DNA of 64,000 bases from Tubiluchus corallicola (Eukaryota; Animalia; Priapulida). This document shows positions 11,801 to 23,800 of this stretch, piece after piece. The notes below the pieces were generated by a model that searched no databases, was not told the DNA's origin, and saw only the letters and a program-made list of their open reading frames with translations. Location: assembly GCA_030141605.1 (NCBI GenBank), contig JAQGDQ010000008.1, positions 868,001-932,000 of the forward strand, read 5' to 3'. Position 1 is the first letter of the stretch. The number at the start of each line of letters is the position of its first letter. The translations under genes and the position numbers were made by a program.

Positions 11801-14800
11801 AGCAGCGACTCTGACTCTGAAAATACGCCAACTGAAAAAGAACCCATGACTGTCGTTTGCAAAAATGAAGCTGCAGAGTTAGCTGCTGGTACTGCTTCTT
11901 CCTGTAGGGATGCTCCCATTATTTCTAGTTTAACTAGTGATAACCTCCCACACAGTGACTCATTTTTACAATTTTGTAATGACACATTCAGTGATGACTC
12001 TTTCGAAACTGCTGTAAGTCAAATTACAGCTGATCATTCGCTAGAGAATGATGCGATAGAATCTAGTGTAGTCAATAAGATTGTTGTGAATGTTGCTGAA
12101 GATGAAGCTGTTGCTACAACTGCTGCAACTCAAATTACAGCTGATCATTCGCTAGAGAATGATGTGACAGAAACTAGTGTAGTCAATAAGATTGTTGTGA
12201 ATGTCGCTGAAGGCGAAGCTGCTGTATCTGGATCTTTTGAAACATTTTTTCCACCAGATGAGAAACACACAAAGTCTCTCGATGCTGCTGAAAGTTCGAG
12301 AATGCTATGCGTAAACCAAGGAATTAAACTTTCTCATGCTAGCATTGAAGAGCTTATAGTTACGCAGGTACCTACTAGACAGAGGATATTAAGCCGAGGA
12401 TTACTAAAAAGCACTGAATTTTCAACTGAGTTTCTTGAAAGGTTATCAAGAATACGCAGCTCTACTGAGACGTCGATGAAGAGATCCAGCTCTGGCTTTG
12501 TCATCCCTCCTTTGAAGTGTTGGCCTTTGCATGTTGTGTATCCCGGCATCATGTTCCGCAGCATTGAAAATAAATGTCAGCAATTCCAGTGCATTCCTGA
12601 ATGTTTTCCTGTTAACGGTATCTTCCTTTAGTCCTCTATTAATGTTTGAAATGATTGATCGTTTTTTGTGATTTCGTTATTGTCAAAGAGAAATCAGCAC
12701 AATTTTTTTCTTTTTGAAGTTAGCCTTTCTCATGTTTCTCTACTTTGGTAGACCATAACTTTTCGAAATCGGAAAATAAACCCAATGGTTAAAAACACTT
12801 AAGGAAACAAAGTAGGCTTTAAGATTGATGAATCAAATGATGTGAAATTTTAAGGTCTTGCAATTGGTTTACTGACTGTGCTCAGTGTTTTCTCTGAGGT
12901 AATAACTAGCAGTTGTTTTTACTAACAAATATGTTTAATTAAATATATTTCATTTAATATCTGTTGAGTTTGCGCAACTAACAAATTAATTGTTAAACAG
13001 TTTCTGTATTATTGTTATTTGTGTACTAATTTTCATTTTAAATAACCATAATAATTCATTGTTGGTCGTGCTTTTTCACCATTGCTTTTTAACTACATTC
13101 ATGTACTAATTGTTATAATAAACTATAATTCTGAAGATGTTAGAATTTTTCACTTTTATTTAATTGAAACAAGTATTTTTGTTGCTGTCATACAGCGGCT
13201 GAACTGTAAAGTGCTATACTTTTTGTATATTTGCTAACAGATTAAATTTTCAATTCATTTCATTCAGTTTCCCTCTCTAGTTAAGAAATGCTGATTTTTA
13301 AATTTCATGATTATTTTAACTTTTCGTTTGCCGTACTTTCTTGAAAGTTTCATGTTTTTTTGTTTTTTTAGAGGATGTGACTTTGCTATTGAAGGAGATA
13401 ATGCAGGAAGCTCGACATCTGACTCAAGCTGAAAGGTAGACCTGGTTGTTCTTGAAATACATGTACTTCATTCTGAGAGGTTGTTTTTAAAATATTTAGA
13501 ATGTTTATTTGACACCCGCCATACAGAATAACGAGTATAGGAATAGATAATGAAAGCAATACAATGGGGTTATAAATAGTTAAGTTATGTATGCACTAAG
13601 CAGCATTTGGAATGCATGCTTGTAAATATGGTTCTTACAGGTGCACTAAACTTGTAAAGAACATGCGATCTTTACACATGTACTTAACATATAATTAATG
13701 GCCATTCCTGACAGTTGTACTAAATATGTAAAGGACACAGACCTACAGGTGTACTAAACGTAAAAAAGTACAATTCTTACAGGTGTACTAACTGTGTAAA
13801 AGACATACAATTGGTATTTAATCTATGAAGAATATATAATTCTTACAGGTGTAAGAATACTTAACGTGTAAGGAACGTGTAGTTCTTACAGGTGCATTTA
13901 ACTTATAAGAAACATGCAATCTTTACAGGTGTATTTAACATGTAAAGAACATGCAATTGTTACAAGTATAACTATGCGAAATTCATACAAGTGTAGTTAG
14001 GCTGTTATTAATGTGAAACCGTAAGGTGATGTTCTCACTGTACTATCATGTGCAATTCTTGCAGGTGCTCACTGTTCCTGTTGGATAGAGACCAGAATGA
14101 ATTGGTGGCTAAAGTTTTTGATGGAGACATTGCCAGTCAAAGTCCATCCAGAACAGACGTGAGTGCTGAAGAAAAAATGTTTTCAAAAATTACTCCTGCT
14201 AAACAGAGAGAAATGCAAAGGAGGCAGGAAATGGAGAATGAGGTAATGTATAATGTATAAATGTCGTATTTTCGAGCTTGTTAATAAGTACTTAGAATAT
14301 ATAGTGAGTGCTCACCTAACGTCTCCCCCGTTTAGTGACATTTCGTTTTAACGATGCAACACGTCTCATTTTTTCACTTAAAAATGCATGTTTCGTCTTA
14401 ATGGCAATTTTCTTGACTTGTTCAATGCAATTTTTGAACGTAATTTGAAATGTTGAAACACTACATGCTGCGTTATTCGGTTCAAGAGTTTTTGTAGTAA
14501 CAAAAAACTATGTACAATATTTATGTTGTGCTAAATGCTAAAGACTGCATCTCTATTAAGCAGAGATCTACTTGGGACTCACAGTACCTGACAGCCTGCA
14601 ATTTTTTTAAACTAAGCCTGCCTACATCCTGTTGCTATAGCAACTAATATCAGTCTAGATGAAACTTTTCTAAGGCATAGTTAGCCCAACTCTTCTATAG
14701 TGAGGCTCAACTTTAACATAACCATGTTCACGTTAGGGATGTGCATTATTTGCACAAAAAAGGTGGATTCACAGTTGCGTGTGTTGTTGAGATACCACTT

Positions 14801-17800
14801 GAAAGGGAAGCAGCTAAGAGTTGATGAGAAAAATAAGTGGTTTCAAGGCAAGTGGAAAAAAAGTTAAGGAACAAGTGATGCAAACATCGTAGCAGCTTAA
14901 TAAACGCGCATCACTGCAGCGATTTAGCACAATGAAGCCCACCCAAGATTTTCCACATCGCTAGAAAAAGCATCACTTTTAATTCAGATTTTTTATTGTA
15001 ATCATTTTATCTGCTGTAGAAGCTAAGCTTTTGTAAGCTAGTGACAGCTATCTTGTTGGCGATCTTGAAACATGCTACTGTATTGGGTAATTTGATTGGG
15101 CCCCACATTCAAAATTGATCACCTTTGTGTGTTCTATGATTGTGCAATGCACCGTGCTACTGGGATCTTAACTGGGTGTAGAAGGAGCAGTGACACAGAA
15201 AATGAACTTTGACTGTTACAATGCTGACAGATTTTCCGTTTTCTGTGCTCACTTATTCGTAGTTTTGTAAATGTAGTTTTTTGCCCTTACTTAATAAAAT
15301 CTAATTTGGCTGCTCGAAATCTGTCTTAAAAGGTGCAGTTAGTAATGGCAGCTAAGGCTAAAGTAATGTTGTGTGATTGGACAGCACTTACGGTATATAC
15401 TATCATGAATGAATTTATGCAGAGATTGGAAACTATGGCCAGCTTATCATTACAATTTTTTTCATATTACCTGCCAACAGCATAATTATGTCCAAGTTTC
15501 AGCTAACCCCGTTATTTTTAGGGCTACTAGATTAAAACTTTCAGAGAGGGGTTACCATATGCTCAAGTGTTTAAATACAGAAAAAGACATTCATTTAGCT
15601 AAACAGCAGTTTGTATACCTGTAGATACATCTATCCTTTTTTGTTTTAAAAATGCTTGTTAGTGCTTTCTTTGAATGGCTCTAAAATAGTTTATCATCAT
15701 TTTGACAAGTAAATAAGGTATCCTATGATACCAACATATAAGTGCTTAAAAAATATCTCTGGAGTTGCACAATATTCCAAGCTACAGGTATGAATTTCAT
15801 ATCAATTTAAGTAGTATACCCTATGCGAAAAATTCAAGTACTGTAAATTCTAGGACTCCCCATTTAACGACCTTTCATTTTAGCGACACTGAACATTTGA
15901 AACCTTTTTCTCACTTAACGACTCACTACCTGAAATTGTCTTAAAGTCGTTTTATGCAGGGCTTGGCTTTCACTACACAGAAACACTGGGACCTGTATAC
16001 ATACAGGCTTCAAGAAACCACTATCAAGGCTAGCTAGATATTGGTAAGAAAGATAGGTGGTTTCAAGCAAACAGAAAAAAATTAATCAGTAGAAATATGA
16101 ATACAGTCTAATAAAACGTTTGATGTATATGATTTAAGCGGCATTGATTTTTGCTTCTGGAACGTATCTCAATTCTTTTACATTACTTTCTGTGGAAGTC
16201 TTGCTTTTGTTTAACGACATTTCACTTAAGGTCTCATTTTGCTGGAACGCATTAGCGTCGTTAAGCGAGGACTTACTGTATGTGGAATCTGCTGTAAATT
16301 TGTTTTGTGAAGTAAAGTTTAGTAAACTTTAAAGTTAAAGTTGACATAAAGTTAACCTTACATAATCCTTTAACAACTTGTTTTAACATTCAGGTTCGCA
16401 TACCAGCAAATCAGGGTATAGCTGGACATGTGGCGACCACTGGTCAGCTATTGAACATACGTGATGCTTATTCGCATCCACTTTTCTACAGGGGTGTAGA
16501 CGATTCTACAGGATTCAAAACTAGGTACTTTTTGCTTTTATGGTTAAACGGCACCTATGGCGAATCTGCAGAAGTCACCTTAAAGTATTTTCACTTGAAC
16601 TAGACATTGTGGCAGGACCAGAATCCGACTCATTATCAAGGCGGCTAACCTTCAATATAAAACACTAAATGACAGAAGTGTCTCAGCCACATTTGGATGT
16701 GAGTACTATCTCCTTCAATGAGGTAAACAAGCAAAATCCGTATGCAGAATGAAGCCTTCTTGAACAAGTATTGAATTTAGTGGTCATCCATCCATTCACT
16801 GACCAGCCTGGCACTTATTTAACTTAGGTGGCAAAGCACACATTGTGACCATTCGGGTATTTGTTGCCCCAATGTCAGTAAATGAAATAGTGACATACCA
16901 GCAAAAGCTACAGTTATTATACATGTACAGCATGTTATGTTAGGCAATGCTGAAAAATTTTGGAGATGACTCGATTGCTTTGCGAAATTTAGCACTTCTG
17001 TTTCCTTTAGATGTTGTTAGTAGTTTCCAATACTTTGTTAAAGTAATAATAATGTCAAAATTTATGTCAGCTCAAAAAAATTACACTATTTATCTTTGTT
17101 TTAGGAATATTTTGTGCTTTCCAATAAGAGATGAAAAAGGTATGAATTTATTCATTTCTGATAAATACTGATTATGCCTGGAAGTTAGTGTTTTAGTATC
17201 TACAGGTCGGAAAAGCGCTTCTAAACACTAATTATGTCCAATATTAATCAGTTTCTACACATGAATAAGAAATTGGAAAAATAAACCTATTGATTTTTTG
17301 CTTGTAAACACAAGTTTCACCTCCATGTTTAGCAACTGGTGACGTAAAATCGAGTGGAGCTTTAACTATATCTTATTATGTAAAAGAACAAATGCATGTA
17401 GTTGAATGAGTGATAAGCACTGGCACTTAACTACAAAATTAATCGAGTACTTTCAAGTGCTTTGTACACAGCTACTTGGCTGTGAAGTTTGATCAAGTAC
17501 TTTTAAGTACTTGTAAGCAAATGCTAAGTATTGATCTAAGGTTTGACAGTTCACCTATAAAAATAGAAAGCTTAGTGTCACAATTGCTTAAAAAATTTTG
17601 AGAAACATAGTATACTCAAATTATAAAGTTTTTATAGCTCTTAAAAGTCTTTCAAAACTGAAATTTAATTCTTTCCTTTTCTGTGAAGAACATCGTTCAT
17701 CTGTTCTGTTGTCAGATCCTAAAGGAATGATTGTCAGTGTGACTCTCATCCAAACTGAATATTACAGTAGTTTACTGCTTAATAAAACTGTTGCCAGTGT

Positions 17801-20800
17801 GTGTATTTGGCAAAGTACAATATGTAAATGTTGCTCCCTAACTAATACTATGACAATTAAACAAAGGGCAGTCACCTCCCTGACATGCCTTCCAAATGAC
17901 TTAAGTGCACAAGTCATTCAAGTGCTTAGCATCTGTGGAGAGAGAGAGCAGTTGTGACGAAACAATTGACTAACTTTTAGGGTGACTTTGATTAAGTAGA
18001 GGTGAATCTAAGGAACGGCCCTTAAATTTCAACTGTATCTTAAAAAGTAGACAAAGCACTATTTAATATTTCATTTTGTTTTTGTTTTTCTAGCTTTTTA
18101 CTGAAAAATGTGTTCTTGTCAAATGATGCATTGGTTTTGTAGTCGAATTTTCTTAACTAAGTGGTTCTAAAGTGCGACTGGTTTTATTATCCTTGGTTTC
18201 ATTAAGTAGCATCTACTATATACCTTTTAAATTTGAGTACTTGCATAACACAATTCAAAAATACTGCAAACTTTTGACCATTTTCTTTTTGTTTTAGGAG
18301 TGATAGGAATTGCAGAATTGTGCAATAAGATCAATGGTGCTTATTTTACACAGTTTGATGAGGAGATAGCAACTGCATTCTCTGTTTACTGTGGACTCAG
18401 CATCGTACATGTATGGTTTTTTCATTATAGTTTCTCAGCAAAATATTCCATGCTAACACATGTCGTTAGTTGTTTTTTAAAGTAAAAACCAACTTTTAAA
18501 GACTCCGGCATAATAGCTGCAAAGTATTATAATTAGTTTACAGAGAGATTAACATGTTAATTTAATCCAGTAATGTAACTGATTAGCAACTCAAGAATTT
18601 AAAATAAATTAATTCATTAATCGCTTTTCTGAATTAGAAAATTTATTTGCAAAGCTTGAAATTTACCATGACTATGACTGTTTTAATATTGCCTCATTTC
18701 ATACTAATTTTTTTATCTTTAAATTACCCTATACTATCCTACACTGCTAAATGTATTTAAAATAAAAAAACTGAGAATTGAAAACTTGGGTTTTACATTT
18801 CTTGCTAATGGTTACATCATCATCAGATTACCAATATTCAAGTCGGAGAATTCACTTGTAATGACGTCGTAGTGTAGTGGTTACCATTACAGACTGAAAG
18901 TCATATAGTTTAGGATTCATACCATCGTGTATAATCTCAGATTTTTTCTGTAAATTTAATGTATGCCATTTATCTAGGAAGTTTTATCAGTAAGACAGTT
19001 AATTAACAACCTAACTTGTCACCATTAATTAACGAAAATGTGACACAATTTCTTTGATTTTTCAGTCTCTAATGTACAGAAAAGTTTGGGAAGCACAACA
19101 TCGGAGCCACTTGGCTAATGAATTGATGATGTACCATATGAAGGTTGGTGTGTCGTGCTTAAATTGTAGTAATAAAAGTTTCAGTATAAAAGTAATGTAA
19201 CCATTAGTAAGTAAGCAATTTATTTAACTATTACATGTACTATTGTAATAACAGCTATCTTGCAAACAGTCATTTCTAAAAGCCAAGTCATATGAGGATA
19301 GAAGAGGACGATGTATTTCTAGATTCCATTGTGAATCCTGTGGGATTGTTGGGAAAGCTCTCGGACACATATGCTATTGTTGTTCCATAACTGGCTATTA
19401 TGATTTTACAACTAACGTGTCTATGTCTACACTTCATCATTAACCTTATTGTTGTTAGGCAGTAGTAAACAACATGCGTGGAATGTTTATCTCATCGAGG
19501 GTTTTTATACATATTATTTTACTTAGCTCTGCACAGGTTTTATACTTTGTCATGTGACTACAGGTTACCGAACCGGAATACAGGAGACTTACTACCTGTG
19601 ATGTCAAACATCCGGAAGAATATGGAGAAATGTTCACGAAGTTTTGCTTTCTGCCACGGTCCCTTTCAACAGAGGACAGTTTATCGGTAAGGTGGAAATC
19701 TTGTCAAACCCTACAGAAGGGTTTCTGTTCTACTTTTGCTTATCCAGAATTCTTAATTTTAGGTGTTGTTTACAGTGCAATTAAATATTTTACTGTGTCT
19801 GAGAAATTTTTAGTGATTACATGAATATGTTCATTTAAGATATTTATTGTTTCATACACTATTTGCAGTACATTTACAAAACATTTTCACAAAATACTAA
19901 TTCTCACAGTTTAAAGTTCAATATACAATGAATCAATATGGTGAAACAAACATTAAAACAAATGAAAGCTGTTGTTCTGAAAATTTCCTAGGGTGCTTAT
20001 ACACTAGATTTTCTACATTTTCAGGCAATGTTAAGCATGTTTGATGACATGGGTTTCATTCGGAGGTGGCGAATAGAGAGAGAAACATTGGCTCGATTTA
20101 TAATCATGGTGAAAAAAGGATACCGGGACGTACCGTATCATAACTGGTTTCATGCTTTCGCTGTTACGCACTTTTGTTACTTATTGTACAAGAATCTCCC
20201 TTTGCTAGACCACCTCACGTAAGTACTGTGTGTAGTTGTTCAATAATTATTATTATAAACTGATGTATGCTATTATTATTGTATGCTATTTAAACCAAAT
20301 TAACTAATCTTGTTATCATCTTGGAAACAACATTTGAAATTTTACATGGTTTCTGACCACATTTGAGATTTTTGGTCCTGACAATGAAAGTCCTTTTTTC
20401 TTTTTTAGGGAAATGGAAGTATTTGCCCTGTTTGTTGCATGCATGTGTCATGATTTAGATCACAGAGGTACTAACAACTCATTTCAGGTAAAGTAATGAG
20501 TTTTTTCTAAAATATTTCATTCTCATTTATCTTAAGGTGTGGTCAAAATGTGCCATGCTGATGACCTAACTTTGAAAGTTTCTTTCGATAAATTGAATGT
20601 GTTATCTCACATCAATTTCTTTCTCAGTTAAAAATATTGATTTCTTTCTTTAGCAATTGTATTATACTAAACCACTAATGTTTGTCCTAAAATTCACGAA
20701 GCTCTGTACGTGTTTCATTGACTACATTCTGCCCTTTGAGAAGATTTGTGTATCTGTCCTCTATATGAAAGTTGTCTTTGTTAACTGTTACATCTTGCCA

Positions 20801-23800
20801 CTGTTGATACTATAAACAGAGAGTGTGTGTGAATGTAAACAATCAAAAGTAGTATAAACTTTGTTAAGAAAGCAAGACAAACAGCCATAATAAAATATGT
20901 CAATGATGTCATTGGGTATTCATGTTTCAGGTTACGTCCAAGTCCATACTGGCTGCTCTGTACAGTTCTGAAGGATCGGTAATGGAACGACACCACTTTT
21001 CACAAGCCATGTGCATCATTAATATGCAAGGTTCAGACATATTTGAAAACTTATCAAGCAAGGTAAGAAATTCCTCATCTTTGGAATTGTGGCATCTGCT
21101 TGTGTAAAAATAAAGTGCAGTCACTCAAAAGTTATCCTTTTGTAGGATCAAACTACACTTTCGGTTTTTTGTTAGTGTCTTGTCACATTCCTGTTGGCTT
21201 ACTTTGCATAAATGTGTTTATATATGATTCTAGATTTACAGCGTGGCATCTGGCTACATGTGCATTTGATCTACCACAATTATAATAAAACAACACTATT
21301 GTCAAACATTGTCAAATTTCGGTGAAAAAACCTCTGACAAAGCATATAGTAATCCACAATTCTAATATTATTTGCCAGAGTAGGGATTTTCGGCATGTAT
21401 ACGTATGTCATGCATGAAAACTGTTTTAATGAGTTATAATCATTATTGTAGCATGTTTTATTTATTTATCTGTATAGGAGTATCAACAAGTTCTGGACCT
21501 GATGCGAGATATTATTCTTGCTACTGATTTATCTCATCATCTAGTTATTATGCCTGAGTTGGAAGCCATGGCCAAATGTAAACTGCATATTTATTTATTT
21601 TCTCTAAGCTAAGTGTGTAGTAATTATTTTAGGCCTATAGTAGGCCTGTAGTTCATAACATTTTAAAATATTTGAATTAAGTGTTTCTGATAAAAGCTAC
21701 GTCGTAATTTCACACGCATCTCTATTATCTTATTATATTCAACAATGTATTTTTATAGGTGGATACCAAGCTAATAACCCAAAGCATCACAAGTTGTTAC
21801 TGTGTCTTCTGATGACATCTTGTGATCTCTCTGACCAAACCAAGAGTTGGAGTTCAACAAAGAAAATAGCAGTAAGCAACAGTCTATTTGTATTGCTGTT
21901 TTTCCAGAAATAGGTTGATAATAAGTACATTGTTGGATGTCATAATCACTGTTTTGAAGATTTAGATTGTCTTACGTAGAAATTACGTGTGCTGTTTGTG
22001 TAACATGCAAAGAATCAGATTTTTTGTCTTTTGTCCTGTCAAAACAGTCACAGCACTGTATCTTTTTTTCAGTGGCATGTATTCCTTAAGTGTCTGTCAG
22101 GTGTTTTAGACGTATTTTATATACATCAGTTTATGCTGATTTCAAGTAGAATGTTATTACAACTGATGTAACATCCCATAAGTTGTGCACAAAGTTTTAT
22201 CTCTATATCTAAATGAAAAAGTCTGTGTTTTCAACTGAATTTAAAAATCTCATTTGTTCCAGGAACAGATTTACCACGAGTTTTTCAGTCAAGGTGACCT
22301 TGAGAAAGCAATGGGTAATAAGCCACTAGACATGATGGATCGTGAGAAAGCATGCATACCTCAACTACAAATCAATTTTCTGCAACACATTGCTATTCCG
22401 CTTTACGGGTACATTTAGTTTATCATAAATTGATTGATGAAATGGGGTTTTTCTTAGACTTTGTTTGCTTACTTGCTGTTTGTATTGGTAAGCTTTTACT
22501 TTCATTGAAATACAAATTTCTTTTCAGCTTGCAGCAGGTTAGTGATGGGAATCTATTATAGTTTTATCGATGAAAAATTTTACATCAATTTTCGCATCTA
22601 TACACTTTTATCGCATGTATTATTACATGAATTATCGCATTGATAACCATAGGAAATCGATACAATCTGAGTACCATCATAGAAACCAAATTTCCTGTTT
22701 TTGTGCCATAGCAATACTGAGAAATAAACATAATGCACACTACTATCTTGCAAAATAACACAGCATTCGCATCAGCAATTGGGTGGTCATATTTTTCCCA
22801 TGCTGTGATTACTGTTTGCACTCCGCAGTTGGTCATTTCATCTGGTTTACATAAATTTTTGCTTTCACAAGTTTCATTGTGTCGAAGTACGTTGATCATT
22901 TCTTAATCAACAAAGTGTATTAAACTGTGAAGTACAAATTTTGCAGAACATGCTACAAATTCCTGAATAGCACAACTGTGCTGAAAACGCACATGGAGAA
23001 AGTAAAAAACCATGCTTTGACAATAACAGCTTTCATAATTTTTGTATGTAATAGTAAATTTATTCAACTCAATAAAGTTTCATATAATGGTTTAAGTGTT
23101 AGTATACAATATACATGTAAAAGGAATAAAGAAGAAATGTAAATTTGCAGCCAATTTTTATTTTATTCAAATTTGTTGTATGCAAAAAAATGTGAAACAA
23201 ATTGTATGCACGTGGAAAATTTATTCACTGATGTATAACTGTATGTGTTACATGCAAGTTTGTACATATATATCTTGTAAATGTATGCCTAAACATCTGT
23301 AAACTTTCCTAAGCTATGTAGTTGAAATAAACTTACTAAAAGGTATTAAAGTTTATTAAATCATTTTTTATCTGAAATTGTGGCATCGAAATTGATTAGC
23401 ATCAGTCATCAGAAAAGACATTTTCTTGCTAATAATGACTGCGTTGCTGTTGATGTAAGTTGTAATACTTTCAGAAAACAAGAAAGTGAAAATAGTAGCC
23501 ATTTTCTCTATCAGTAAGAGACCTATAAAAATCTTGAACATCTGACCCTTTGATACTACATTAATATTATAATACTAATACTAATACTAATACTAATGCT
23601 AATACTAATACTAATACTAGAGGTAATAAATTAGTGTAAAGACTACAAAGACAATGTGTATTTTGGAAATTGAAATCATATTAAATGAATTTCTGTTGTC
23701 GATTATCAAAATCGCTTTATAAGATACTGACAAAAAGGTGCTCTTTATCGTTTATCGAAATCTTATCACAATTTTTGTATCGATTCCCGTCACTGCAGCA

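Noticed and set aside
12014-12019. Consensus GTAAGT donor within the giant ORF
   Set aside because: It is phase 0, incompatible with the phase-1 acceptor at 13372 unless the unusual GAG acceptor at 13373 were used.
10255-12564. Several antisense ORFs of 65-115 aa opposite the 839-aa ORF
   Set aside because: Expected shadows of a coding or repetitive sense-strand frame; no recognisable protein features.
10112-12631. Giant ORF as a transposon/viral gene or stand-alone intronless gene
   Set aside because: No RT, integrase, transposase or capsid motifs, and no TIR/LTR/TSD is visible. The ORF begins in frame with a real PDE2 exon and its track start (TTG) is intronic. A nested gene from an internal ATG cannot be fully excluded.
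17400-18250. Possible transposon relic with repeated AAGTACTT motifs
   Set aside because: Could not define terminal inverted repeats or a TSD with confidence.
18866-18930. tRNA-like A/B-box fragments (also about 59415-59480)
   Set aside because: Too degenerate to fold into a tRNA. Probably decayed tRNA-SINE heads whose boundaries cannot be supported.
22528-22537. Microexon cttgcagcag flanked by AG/GT
   Set aside because: 10 nt would break the frame, the flanking exons already join in phase, and the donor is created by the hAT junction.
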